Positions 1 through 9,894 of a stretch of 64,000 nucleotides of DNA are shown piece after piece (positions within the stretch are counted from its first letter, which is position 1; each line of letters opens with the position of its first letter). The stretch lies in assembly GCA_014384285.1 (NCBI GenBank), contig JACNGE010000009.1, positions 13,799 through 77,798 of the forward strand, read 5' to 3'. Below the pieces are notes generated by a model. That model was not told the origin of the DNA. It searched no databases and was given only the letters and a program-made list of their open reading frames with translations. The translations under genes and the position numbers were made by a program. The stretch comes from Actinomycetota bacterium (GTDB lineage Bacteria > Actinomycetota > Acidimicrobiia > Actinomarinales > Actinomarinaceae).

Positions 1-24
1 TAAATCTGTGAGTAGTGTAAATAA

Positions 25-1209
25 ATGAAAAAAGTATTACTGGTAATTCCAGAAAATAGTTATAAATCTAATGATTTTGTTATTGCTGCAAAAAAAATGA
101 AACTTAAATTTACAATTATCACTGATAGTGAACAAGTTTCTACTGAATTTAGTGATAATATAATTGTTACCGATTTTACACAAGATATTAACCATGAAAT
201 TTTATCTAAATTAAAAGATATCACACATGTGTTACCAGTAGATCACTCTTCACTTATTTATGCATCTAAATTAAGAGATAGCCTTAGTTCAGTAGGAAAT
301 AGTAATTCATCAGTTGTTACGTCTATGGATAAATATTTATCAAGAAAAATATTTAACGATGTTTCGAATATAAAGATAAAGCACAATTATGTTAACTCAC
401 TTAAAGATATTGAGACTTTTTTATCAATACATAATGTAGGCGTACTTAAACCAACTAATGGAACAGCGAGTAATAAAGTAATCAAACTCGAGAGTAATAG
501 CATACAGACTGAATCTATTTATGAAATAATTGATGAATGTTACGATAATAGATTCATCATTGAAGAATTTGTAGATGGGATGGAGTATGCATTTGAAGGA
601 ATGCTTATTAATTCAAAGTTATACAGATTTACAATTTTCGACAAACCGTTAATATTTGCAGAACCTTATTTTGAAGAATCTATTTATATTGCACCAAGTA
701 ATTTATCTCAAGAAACGATTAGTAAAATCACGCTACAGTTAGAGAATGCAACAAAAAAACTCGGACTAGAGAATGGTCCTATACATGCAGAATTCAAAAT
801 CATAGATAACGAATTGTTTATTATAGAGATTAACCCTCGTATGATAGGTGGACTATGTTCGAGATGTTTGAATTTTGGTTTATTTAAACAATCACAAGAA
901 GAACTTATTTTATCATCTTTTATTAGTAGCAAATTTAAGAATATTGAATTATTAAATAAGTATGTAGGTGTATTAATGCTTCCTGTTCCTAAAACCGGAT
1001 TATTCAAGTCAATTAATCTTGATGAAATAGAAGCAGTTGATAATATTTCATCTGTAGAGATTACAGTTTCTAAAGATAGTAAATTGCAAATGCCACCAAA
1101 TGGAGAGAAATATTTAGGATTTGCTTTTTCACAGGGAGAGAATAAAGATGACGTATTAAGTGCACTAAAACAAGCATTGGAAGTATCATCACCTGTAATT
1201 CATGATTAA
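25..1209 (+). CDS. ATP-grasp domain protein (carboxylate-amine ligase-like, substrate unknown)
   Basis: DK..SR, VLKP..G.AS..V, IIEEFVDG.EY, GPIHAEF and IIEINPRMIGG ATP-grasp motifs. Confidence 0.8.
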   Translation: MKKVLLVIPENSYKSNDFVIAAKKMKLKFTIITDSEQVSTEFSDNIIVTDFTQDINHEILSKLKDITHVLPVDHSSLIYASKLRDSLSSVGNSNSSVVTSMDKYLSRKIFNDVSNIKIKHNYVNSLKDIETFLSIHNVGVLKPTNGTASNKVIKLESNSIQTESIYEIIDECYDNRFIIEEFVDGMEYAFEGMLINSKLYRFTIFDKPLIFAEPYFEESIYIAPSNLSQETISKITLQLENATKKLGLENGPIHAEFKIIDNELFIIEINPRMIGGLCSRCLNFGLFKQSQEELILSSFISSKFKNIELLNKYVGVLMLPVPKTGLFKSINLDEIEAVDNISSVEITVSKDSKLQMPPNGEKYLGFAFSQGENKDDVLSALKQALEVSSPVIHD

Positions 1210-1231
1210 ATTATGATAACCTTCAGTAAAC

Positions 1232-1852
1232 ATGGATAATATTTTAATTTCGCTTGGAGGCGACTGCAGCGTTGAGAGAAATCAGTTACTCGATAGATAC
1301 ACATACGTTTTTGGTGTAGATGCTGGAACTGAGCACCTCTATAAATTATTTTTTCAACCGACACATATTATTGGTGACTTTGATTCTATAGAGGAAAATA
1401 CAAAAAATAGGGCAATAAGAGATAGTGCAGAAGTTTTATCTTATTCTATAAACAAAGAACAAACAGATTTAGATATTGCACTTCAACTGGCTAAAGAAAA
1501 ATTGATTAAAAATATAACTATTGTAGGAGGAGAAGGTAAAGAACTAGATCACTTATTTGCAAATCTAATAACAATATCTTCATTTCACACTAGTGAAGAA
1601 ATAACGTGGTTAACTAAATTAGAAACCATTATTTTTTCAAATAGTAATCAGTTTCATTTGAAAGAAAATTCAATATTTAGCATTCTTCCTTTATCGGCTA
1701 TAAATAATTTAACTATACAAGGTGCAAAGTGGAATGTGTTAAACCAAAATATTCCATACGGTTCAACTAAAACACTAAGAAATATTGCCTTAAGTAATCA
1801 AGTCAAAATTAATGTAGAGAAAGGTAAATTCTGCTTAATCGCTAAAAATTAA
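1232..1852 (+). CDS. thiN: thiamine pyrophosphokinase
   Basis: VDAG, IIGDFDS, K.QTDL..AL, G...DH..AN motifs and C-terminal G.KW...RN thiamine-binding domain. Confidence 0.85.
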   Translation: MDNILISLGGDCSVERNQLLDRYTYVFGVDAGTEHLYKLFFQPTHIIGDFDSIEENTKNRAIRDSAEVLSYSINKEQTDLDIALQLAKEKLIKNITIVGGEGKELDHLFANLITISSFHTSEEITWLTKLETIIFSNSNQFHLKENSIFSILPLSAINNLTIQGAKWNVLNQNIPYGSTKTLRNIALSNQVKINVEKGKFCLIAKN

Positions 1853-3066
1853 GACCTAGGAATATCTTTCCAGGGCTTATCTTTATCAAGTTTTTGTTCT
1901 CCAGGTAATCCAAGTACGCGCTCTGCAATAATATTGCGCATGATTTCTGAAGTTCCACCTTCAATAGAATTTGCTCTAGATCTTAAAAATAAGCTCTGTG
2001 TGTCAGTAAAACCAAAAGTATCATTATCAAAATTTAACTCTGGTTGAGTTAATGCATAACCCCTTGGAAATAACAAACCATCATTTCCTAGTAGTTCCAT
2101 TCCGAACTCATAAGATGCTTTATTAATTTCTGCTTCATAAAGTTTACTAGTTGAGCCTTCGGGACCAGGTGTTCCTTTTTCTCTTAATTCAGATGCTCTT
2201 ATATTTGTTAACCGTACAGCCTCTTGTTGAATCCATAACTCTATAAGTTTATCTTTTTGAATTGGGTCTTCGAGCCCTTTATCTTTCCAGAGCTGAACTA
2301 AGTGACCAGGTGCGCCACTACCTCTTTCTCTGACATTTCCCCCTATTGCCACTCTTTCATTCATTAAGGTAGCTAGTGAAACTCTCCAACCTTCTCCTAG
2401 ACCGCCAAGTATATTTTCTTTAGGTATTTTTGTATCAGTAAAATAAACTTCATTAAATTCTGCTTCTCCAGTTATTTGCCTTAATGGTCTAACCTCTACG
2501 CCTTCAGATTCCATATCAACTATAAAAAATGTCAATCCACGATGTTTTGGAGCATCTGGATCAGTTCTAGTAACTAACAAACCCCATTTTGCTAAGTGAC
2601 CGAGAGTAGTCCATACCTTTTGTCCATTAACTATATACCCATCTCCGTCATCAACAGCTCTTGTAGACAAACTAGCAAGATCAGAACCTGAACCTGGTTC
2701 TGAGAAAAGTTGACACCAGATTTCCTCAGCAGTAAACATTGGTCTTAAGTATTTTTGAATTTGTTCCGGGGTACCATACTCCATTATTGTTGGAGCACCC
2801 ATCCCAACTCCAAGGATGTTAGCGATTCTATTTTGTTGTGAAATTCCTTCATTTCTTAATTTTTCAGTTATTTGAAGTTGATACTTTGGATTAAGTCCTA
2901 ACCCACCGGAACCCTCTGGAAATTGGACCCATGCTAAGCCAAGATCAAATTGTTTACCCCAGAATTCTTGTAAGTCTTGTCCATCTTTTCTAAATTCAAT
3001 TAGTTCTTGTAGCTTCTGATTAACTAATTCTTCAGCATCCAGCTGTTTAGTGTCTATTGTTTCCAT
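1849..3066 (-). CDS. acyl-CoA dehydrogenase (FadE family)
   Basis: WCQLFSEPGSGSDLASL, NGQKVWTT, EFNEVYF, IEGGTSEIMRNIIAERVLGLP. Confidence 0.93.
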   Translation of the reverse strand: METIDTKQLDAEELVNQKLQELIEFRKDGQDLQEFWGKQFDLGLAWVQFPEGSGGLGLNPKYQLQITEKLRNEGISQQNRIANILGVGMGAPTIMEYGTPEQIQKYLRPMFTAEEIWCQLFSEPGSGSDLASLSTRAVDDGDGYIVNGQKVWTTLGHLAKWGLLVTRTDPDAPKHRGLTFFIVDMESEGVEVRPLRQITGEAEFNEVYFTDTKIPKENILGGLGEGWRVSLATLMNERVAIGGNVRERGSGAPGHLVQLWKDKGLEDPIQKDKLIELWIQQEAVRLTNIRASELREKGTPGPEGSTSKLYEAEINKASYEFGMELLGNDGLLFPRGYALTQPELNFDNDTFGFTDTQSLFLRSRANSIEGGTSEIMRNIIAERVLGLPGEQKLDKDKPWKDIPRS

Positions 3067-3096
3067 ATAAAATTATACATTCAAATGTAGCTTTAG

Positions 3097-3999
3097 TTAG
3101 TTACCTTGAATAGCTTTTTGAATAATTAAGAGCTCATCTTCATTGCTCATAGGATATGTTCCGTCTTTAATTGTTCGAATTTCTTCAATATTTTTTGCAA
3201 TATCCTCAGCAGAGGCATTTGTATTAACATACCCGTTATGGGTAATAATCCCAATACGAGCAAACCTACCTGCAGCTACTCCGAATATTTCATGTGATGG
3301 TTCGCAGGATTCAGAAGCTAAATATACAACCATTGGAGTTACTAATTCAGCACTAAATAATTTACCCACATCTTCTGGCAATAACGCTTCAGTCATTCTT
3401 GTATATGCAGTAGGAGCAATAACGTTAACTTTAATATTGTACTTAGCACCTTCAATAGCCAATACATTAGTTAGTCCAACTATTCCCATTTTTGCAGCAC
3501 CATAATTAGATTGTCCAAAGTTTCCAAATAAACCGGATGGAGAAGCAACATTAACTATTCTTCCATAATTATTTTCTTTCATGACTTTAAATGCTGGTTG
3601 ACTAACAAAGAAAGTACCTTTCAGATGCACGTCTAAAATTAATGTAAGTTCCTCTTCAGACATGTTTGCAAAACTTTTATCTCTTAATATCCCAGCATTA
3701 TTAATTACTGCATCAACTGTGCCGAAGTTGTCTAAGGCAGATTGGACAATGGATTCTCCACCATCTTTTGTGGCAACAGAATCATAATTAGCCACGGCCT
3801 CGCCACCATTTTGAATTATTTCATTTACAACATCATCAGCAGGAGAACTTGCCGCACCTGAACCATCAACTGAACCTCCTAGGTCATTAACAATTACTTT
3901 TGCACCTCTACTGCCGAGTTCTAACGCATAAGCTTTTCCCAATCCGTTTCCTGCACCAGTTACTATTACAGCTTTATTTTCAAAATTTACATTGCTCAT
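3097..3999 (-). CDS. SDR family oxidoreductase (MFE-2/3-hydroxyacyl-CoA dehydrogenase-like)
   Basis: TGAGNGLG, NNAGILRD, GNFGQSNYGAAK (YxxxK). Confidence 0.9.
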   Translation of the reverse strand: MSNVNFENKAVIVTGAGNGLGKAYALELGSRGAKVIVNDLGGSVDGSGAASSPADDVVNEIIQNGGEAVANYDSVATKDGGESIVQSALDNFGTVDAVINNAGILRDKSFANMSEEELTLILDVHLKGTFFVSQPAFKVMKENNYGRIVNVASPSGLFGNFGQSNYGAAKMGIVGLTNVLAIEGAKYNIKVNVIAPTAYTRMTEALLPEDVGKLFSAELVTPMVVYLASESCEPSHEIFGVAAGRFARIGIITHNGYVNTNASAEDIAKNIEEIRTIKDGTYPMSNEDELLIIQKAIQGN

Positions 4000-4004
4000 T
4001 TTTA

Positions 4005-5930
4005 CTACTCCTTATACATTGCATCAATTTGGTCTTTATATGTTTCGTTAATAACATTTCTTTTTAGTTTAAGTGTAGGTGTTAGTTCCCCACTTGTATC
4101 AGTCCACTCTTCTTCTAGAATAGTAAATTTTTTAATTTGCTGAACATTAGCTACTTTACTATTTGCTTTATCAATCTGTGATTGTATTGCATCTATAACA
4201 ATTGGGTTATTATGAAAAGTCTCAATGTCGTAATCAACAGAGTTTTCTTTTGCCCATTGTTCACTTGTACCCTCTCTATCTAGGACAATTAGAGCAGATA
4301 AAAATTTCCGACCGTCTCCAACCATGCAGATTTGTCCTACAAGTGGGTGTGGTTTAATTAAGTCTTCTAGCTCAACAGGGGCAATGTTTTTACCACCGGA
4401 TGTGATTATTATTTCTTTTTTACGACCAATTATCTTTACATAACCATCTTCACCAATTTCAGCCAAGTCTCCAGTGTGTAGCCATCCATCTGAATCAAAT
4501 GCTTCCTTTGTAGCTTCTTCCTGCTTATAGTAGCCATTTGTAACATGCCCACCTCTCATGCACAATTCGCCATCTTCAAGAATTTTTATCTCTGTACCAG
4601 CAAGTGGGATCCCTACCTTACCAATTGGATTGAAAACTTTAGGTATAGGAACGCCTGCAGATTTAAGTTTATTAGTCAACGAGTCAACAGCATTTGTAGC
4701 AATCCCAACGGTGGCAGGTCCTGTATCTTCTGTCATTCCATATATCTCAGTTACGTCTATATGAATTGCATGAAACCATCTTTGTACATCAGGATTCATA
4801 GCAGCGGCAGCAGTAACAAAATATTCAGTATTTTGAATACCTAGTCCCTCTTTAAATTTTGAAAAAACTAATTTATTAAAAACTGTATCTAATATCTTAA
4901 CTTTTAAGGGTACTTTTTCTCCACTTTGCTCATACTTGACTCTTTCAAGCCCATTATCAATTGCTTTCAGGGCAAGTTCTGCTTTATCTGATTCGTTTAT
5001 TTTATTCAACAAGCCAGCCTGGAATTTTTCCCAAACTCGAGGTACAGCTAAAAATACACTTGGTTGAATTGTTGGCAAAGCCATTGACATGTCCTCTAAA
5101 ACAGGTACTGGAAATATTTGTCCAGTTTTATAAATAGCTTGATAATGGTCACCTGCTCTTGCGGCAATATGAGCCATTGGCAAGTAAGAAACAATTCTAG
5201 GATGCATAGATGCTGGAACTAGCTCTCCAAACAAACTTTCATTTGTCCATAAAACATTTCTGTGTGTGATCATAACCCCTTTTGGATGCCCAGTAGTACC
5301 TGAGGTAAATATTAAACAAGCAAGAGAATCTGGTGTTACAGTTTTGATTGCTTGAACTAGAAGAGAATTGTCTTTTGCATTAATACTTGCACCACGTTCC
5401 ATTAGTTCGTGATATGAAAGAACATAATCCTTTTCACTAACTTCTTCAAATCCGTTTATAATGACAATCTTTTCAAGATTTGGACAATTTTTTCTTGCCT
5501 TATCTATCTCATTGAATAACTCTAAATCACCAGCGATAGCTATCTTTGCTTCCATTAAATTTGCTACATACTCAATTTGTCCAGATTTAAGTTGCTTATA
5601 AAGAGTTGAAGGTGTGGCACCGGCATGCATAATGGCAAGATCTGCAATGTTATGCTCTTTAGTATTGTTGGACATTATAAATGATGTATCACCAGGATTT
5701 AATCCAATATCAATTAATCCAGAGGCAAGATTGTGAATACTTACTCTATACTCGCTCCATGACATTGCATCCCAAGCTGAATATTCATTATTTGCAGGAG
5801 TATTTATTGCAGGAAAATCTGGATAATCTTCAACATTTTTATCAATATAATCGATTAAAGTCTTGCCTTCTACTTTCGCATCAATAGATGCAGCCTGATC
5901 TTTTAGAAATTCGTGTAGTTGATTTTGCAT
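4005..5930 (-). CDS. fadD: long-chain fatty acid--CoA ligase
   Basis: IFTSGTTGHPKG, YGMTE, WLHTGD, GRKKEIIITSGGKNIAP, ELTPTLKLKR; SD AGAGGAG upstream. Confidence 0.9.
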   Translation of the reverse strand: MQNQLHEFLKDQAASIDAKVEGKTLIDYIDKNVEDYPDFPAINTPANNEYSAWDAMSWSEYRVSIHNLASGLIDIGLNPGDTSFIMSNNTKEHNIADLAIMHAGATPSTLYKQLKSGQIEYVANLMEAKIAIAGDLELFNEIDKARKNCPNLEKIVIINGFEEVSEKDYVLSYHELMERGASINAKDNSLLVQAIKTVTPDSLACLIFTSGTTGHPKGVMITHRNVLWTNESLFGELVPASMHPRIVSYLPMAHIAARAGDHYQAIYKTGQIFPVPVLEDMSMALPTIQPSVFLAVPRVWEKFQAGLLNKINESDKAELALKAIDNGLERVKYEQSGEKVPLKVKILDTVFNKLVFSKFKEGLGIQNTEYFVTAAAAMNPDVQRWFHAIHIDVTEIYGMTEDTGPATVGIATNAVDSLTNKLKSAGVPIPKVFNPIGKVGIPLAGTEIKILEDGELCMRGGHVTNGYYKQEEATKEAFDSDGWLHTGDLAEIGEDGYVKIIGRKKEIIITSGGKNIAPVELEDLIKPHPLVGQICMVGDGRKFLSALIVLDREGTSEQWAKENSVDYDIETFHNNPIVIDAIQSQIDKANSKVANVQQIKKFTILEEEWTDTSGELTPTLKLKRNVINETYKDQIDAMYKE

Positions 5931-6000
5931 ATTCTCCTCTGTGACGATATTTGAATTTTACTGGATAATTACAGATTTAACTACTGAATTAGTCTGAAAA

Positions 6001-6867
6001 TTATCCTTTGACCGAACCAGCAGTAAGCCCACCGGTTATCTGCTTTTGGAAGAAAATAAATAAAGTTGCAATTGGTGCTGCTGCTAAAACAGATGAAGCT
6101 GCGATTACTCCCCAATCAGCATTAAAGTCATCCACAAAAACTGTATTTATCCCTACTGCAACGGTCCACAAATTTTTATCTTTTAAGAATATGGCAGCAA
6201 GAATGTAATCTGAATATATTCCAATAAAAGTTATAACAAAAATTACCACAAGTATCGGCCTTGCAAGAGGTGCAATAACTTTAGTAAATATTTGAAAATC
6301 GCTAGCTCCGTCTACTTTTGCGGCTTCGTCTAAAGATGGTGATATTGTGTCCATAAAACCTTTTATTAGCCAAGAATTAAAACCAATTGAACCACCTAAG
6401 TAAACAAGAATAAGTCCTAGGTGTGTACCGAGACCCATAAATGGTAATATGTCGCTTATTTGAAAAAACAAAAGATATATTGCTACAAAAGCTAGGAAAG
6501 CTGGGAACATTTGAACAATTACTAATGTAAGTAAACTTGCTCTTCTTCCTTTGAATTGAAGTCTAGAAAATGCATAAGCAGCTAAGGTGCCTAATAATAC
6601 GTTAAATATAGATGCAACAATTGCAACTTTATAAGTGTTGTACAACCATCTAAAGTATGGAACAAGTGAATCTCCAGAAAGCTTTTTATAGTGCTTTAGT
6701 GTAAAATTATCCGGAATGAGTTTGGAGTTTGCTAAATTGGCAAAGTCTGCAAAAGAATTTGTAATTACGAATAAGATTGGATAGATAGCAAAAAGTACGA
6801 ATACAATTCCAACAAGATGTCGCCATCCATATTCTTTAAACCACTTCACTAAATTAAATGTTCCCAT
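6001..6867 (-). CDS. malG: maltose/maltodextrin ABC transporter permease
   Basis: EAA loop LDEAAKVDGAS, QMFP, FQKQITGGLTAGSVKG C-terminus. Confidence 0.9.
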   Translation of the reverse strand: MGTFNLVKWFKEYGWRHLVGIVFVLFAIYPILFVITNSFADFANLANSKLIPDNFTLKHYKKLSGDSLVPYFRWLYNTYKVAIVASIFNVLLGTLAAYAFSRLQFKGRRASLLTLVIVQMFPAFLAFVAIYLLFFQISDILPFMGLGTHLGLILVYLGGSIGFNSWLIKGFMDTISPSLDEAAKVDGASDFQIFTKVIAPLARPILVVIFVITFIGIYSDYILAAIFLKDKNLWTVAVGINTVFVDDFNADWGVIAASSVLAAAPIATLFIFFQKQITGGLTAGSVKG

Positions 6868-8443
6868 AAATACGCTCCAAACGTTTCGTGTATCTGAATG
6901 AAATAGCAGAAATTAATAAAACAATTCCAAATATTATTATCGTAACACTAGAAGCTAATCCAAAAAGATTACCTCTTCCACCAGATATAGCTAGACGGTA
7001 TGAAAAAGAAATTAATATGTCTGTCCAGCCTACTGCTACTTCACTTCCTATAACAGGTGGCCCCCCACCGGAAAGTAGAAAAATTAATGTAAAATTATTG
7101 AAATTGAATGCAAAGGAACCAATCAATAATGGTGATATAGAAACCATTAAAAGCGGAAATGTTATTCGCCAAAAAGATTGAACCCCACTTGCTCCATCAA
7201 CTTTTGCTGCTTCTGTTAATTCTTTTGGTATAGACTGCAGAGCTCCAGTAGTTATTAAAAACATATAAGGAAAACCGAGCCATGTGTTAACTAGAAGTAC
7301 AGCAGCCCTTGCACTTTCTTTTGTTTTCAACCATTTAATCGGTTCTATATCAAAAAAAGTGTACAGAGGATCTAGCCAGTTATTAATCACACCATAATCT
7401 GGATTAAGCAATCCCTTCCATACCAGGACTGACACAAACGCAGGTATTGCATATGGCAATATGTATAAAGCTCTGTATATTCTTTTAAACTTAAGTTTTT
7501 CTTTGTTTAATGTAATACTAAGAAGTAAACCAACAGTAAAAGCAAGCAATACTGTAAGTGTTGCAAACTGAAAAGTCCACTTTGTGACTAACTCAAGAGG
7601 TCCTCTTATTCGCTGATTAGAAAAAAGCTTTTTATAGTTTTCAGATCCAACAAAAATTCTCCATCCTGGATCAACTGATTCAGTGTTGCATACGAAATTA
7701 TCACCATCACTAGAGCAGACTTCACTCGTAGAATTATCAATTAAACTATCGTATTCTGACTCATAGGTATAGCGTTGAGATGTGGAAAGAAGTCTTCCAG
7801 TGGAAGAACCGAACACAGAAATTTTATATAATTGAGCACGAGTTGAACTATCTATAACTAATGAAAGTTCTTGTAATTTATTAGCTTTATTTATCTGATC
7901 TTTTCCAGCAAGTAGTTTCAAGCCATCTGGAGTAACAATCTCACCTGATTCGCTTTTTAAAGAAGGTTCATGGGTAGCATAACTAGCTTTATCAATTTCA
8001 TCTTGTGTTACAGCCTTGCCAAATAATAATTGGTCTTGAGCTAAATCAGCTGCAAAATAATATTCATCTGTATTATTTTCAAAAATATAGATGTCAAACT
8101 CTACTCCTTTTTGGTCATCAGGTGTGTATGTTCTAGCTTCGAGTAAATCTATAGCTTGTGATTTAGTAAGGATATGACCTGTAGACCAATTAGTAAAAGA
8201 AACGTAGGTGTTATAAGCTGCTGGAAAAACAACAAAAGAAAACATAAATATTATTCCTGGAGTAATCCATTTCAAGGCAGCAAATTTATCAGTTAGATAT
8301 GTGAAGTTAATTAAGAAAGTTACAAATACTAATACAGTTAATAAAAACCAAGATTCAAAAGTTACTATTAAAGGTATCAAGTATATAGATCCTGCATTAA
8401 AAATAGCTAGAAATGAGTATCTAAGTATTGAAGAGAATTTCAT
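6854..8443 (-). CDS. malF: maltose/maltodextrin ABC transporter permease with large extracytoplasmic loop
   Basis: ILPYAIPAF, NTWLGFPYM, EAAKVDGA, FAFNFNNF; long soluble loop after FTN. Confidence 0.9.
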   Translation of the reverse strand: MKFSSILRYSFLAIFNAGSIYLIPLIVTFESWFLLTVLVFVTFLINFTYLTDKFAALKWITPGIIFMFSFVVFPAAYNTYVSFTNWSTGHILTKSQAIDLLEARTYTPDDQKGVEFDIYIFENNTDEYYFAADLAQDQLLFGKAVTQDEIDKASYATHEPSLKSESGEIVTPDGLKLLAGKDQINKANKLQELSLVIDSSTRAQLYKISVFGSSTGRLLSTSQRYTYESEYDSLIDNSTSEVCSSDGDNFVCNTESVDPGWRIFVGSENYKKLFSNQRIRGPLELVTKWTFQFATLTVLLAFTVGLLLSITLNKEKLKFKRIYRALYILPYAIPAFVSVLVWKGLLNPDYGVINNWLDPLYTFFDIEPIKWLKTKESARAAVLLVNTWLGFPYMFLITTGALQSIPKELTEAAKVDGASGVQSFWRITFPLLMVSISPLLIGSFAFNFNNFTLIFLLSGGGPPVIGSEVAVGWTDILISFSYRLAISGGRGNLFGLASSVTIIIFGIVLLISAISFRYTKRLERIYGNI

Positions 8444-8457
8444 AATTTAATAGTATC

Positions 8458-8489
8458 AAAAAAATTGGGGCCCATAAGAGCCCCAATTT
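8458..8489 (-). terminator. intrinsic terminator after malE
   Basis: On the minus strand GGGGCUC-UUAU-GGGCCCC hairpin (extended AAAUU/AAUUU) followed by a 7-U tract. Confidence 0.85.
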
Positions 8490-8507
8490 AATATTTGTAT
8501 AGATTTA

Positions 8508-9809
8508 TTATCCGCCAGCTATAGCTGTTCTGACTTGTTCAGCAGCTAATTTCATTGCATCAGTTGCGGAATTAACGGTTACGCCTGTCTCTTCATTAGT
8601 ACCATACGCTTGGTCTCTAATAATTAACATTGCATCACCAACTGGACCCCAAACAGAACCCATTTCTGGAATGTTAGGCATTGGTATACCGTTTGCAGCA
8701 CTAGCCGCAAATTGAGCTGCTATAGGATCTGCAGCTTCAACAATAGCAAAAAGTGATTTCGTAGCTGGTAGTCTTGGGTCAGAATTATACATTGATTCTT
8801 GTACCTCGACTGTTGCAAAAAAGTCTAATATAAAACTTTGTGCTAACACCTTATTATCACTAAAAGCAGAAACCATTGCACCACGTACTCCTACGAATGG
8901 AGTAGCAGCATTCCCATCAAACTGTGGAATTAAAGCAACACCATAATCTACTGCAGAGGCATCTCCTCTTGCCCAAGGACCAGTCATCCAATAAGGGGCT
9001 CTACCCTCTTGGAATGCTGACATTGATGCACCGTAATCAGTAGAAGCTACTGTTCCATCTTTAACTAATGAATCTAAGTATTCCGCTGAAGCTATTGCCT
9101 GTGCGTTATCAAGACCAACATCGGTTGGATCAAATCCAGCATTAAAAGCAAAAATGTATCCGCCAGATGATCCAAAGAAAGGATGGTTGTGGTAGGCATC
9201 TCCGCCTCCTCCACCACCAGGTGCTCCAACACAAAGCTCAGTCCCTGCAGTATCACAGGATGCTTTTACATCAGACCAAGTTGTTGGTACACCATCAACT
9301 AAAGCTTTGTTATAAAACATAGCGATTGCTTCTGTTGCATATGGAAATCCATAAACTTCTCCACCATAGCTAAAACCTTGTACTCCGACATCAAACAAAT
9401 CTGAAGCTACCGCTCCAAGATCTAGTGGTGCAACCACACCATTAGCAGCTAATTCTCCTACCCAGTCATGAGCACCAAGAAATACATCTGGACCTTCTCC
9501 TGCCGGACCAGCTGTCTGTACATCGGTTCTGATTTGACCAAAGTCATAAACTACTACTTCGATATCTACACCAGCTGCAGCTTCATAAGCTCCTACGAGG
9601 GGATCTAAAGCAGTTGCTACTTTTTCCTCAGCCCAAACCACAAGTTTTACTGGTGGTGGTGAAGTAGTAGCAGGAGCAGCTAATGTTTCTTGAGGTGCTT
9701 CTGTTGTATCAGGAGTGTCGGATGCAGTATCAGAGCCCCCTCCACAAGAAGTAGCAACTAAAGAAAGTAGAACTAAAATTACTAAAAAACGTAATTTATT
9801 CTTTTTCAT
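8508..9809 (-). CDS. malE: maltodextrin ABC transporter substrate-binding lipoprotein
   Basis: Lipobox VATS-C, Thr/Pro linker, GPDVFLGAHDWVGELA, GPW, PMPNIPEMGSVW; SD AAAGGAGAG. Confidence 0.9.
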   Translation of the reverse strand: MKKNKLRFLVILVLLSLVATSCGGGSDTASDTPDTTEAPQETLAAPATTSPPPVKLVVWAEEKVATALDPLVGAYEAAAGVDIEVVVYDFGQIRTDVQTAGPAGEGPDVFLGAHDWVGELAANGVVAPLDLGAVASDLFDVGVQGFSYGGEVYGFPYATEAIAMFYNKALVDGVPTTWSDVKASCDTAGTELCVGAPGGGGGGDAYHNHPFFGSSGGYIFAFNAGFDPTDVGLDNAQAIASAEYLDSLVKDGTVASTDYGASMSAFQEGRAPYWMTGPWARGDASAVDYGVALIPQFDGNAATPFVGVRGAMVSAFSDNKVLAQSFILDFFATVEVQESMYNSDPRLPATKSLFAIVEAADPIAAQFAASAANGIPMPNIPEMGSVWGPVGDAMLIIRDQAYGTNEETGVTVNSATDAMKLAAEQVRTAIAGG

Positions 9810-9833
9810 TTCTCTCCTTTATGTGTATTTATA

Positions 9834-9851
9834 TATATCAACGTTAATATA
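9834..9851. promoter_or_regulatory. candidate operator (imperfect palindrome) upstream of malE
   Basis: TATATCAACGTTAATATA, an 18-bp dyad with one mismatched pair and a central AACGTT as in LacI-family operators. Confidence 0.35.
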
Positions 9852-9894
9852 ACAACTTTTTAGAAGATTGTCTTGGAAAATTTTCAATTTAAAA

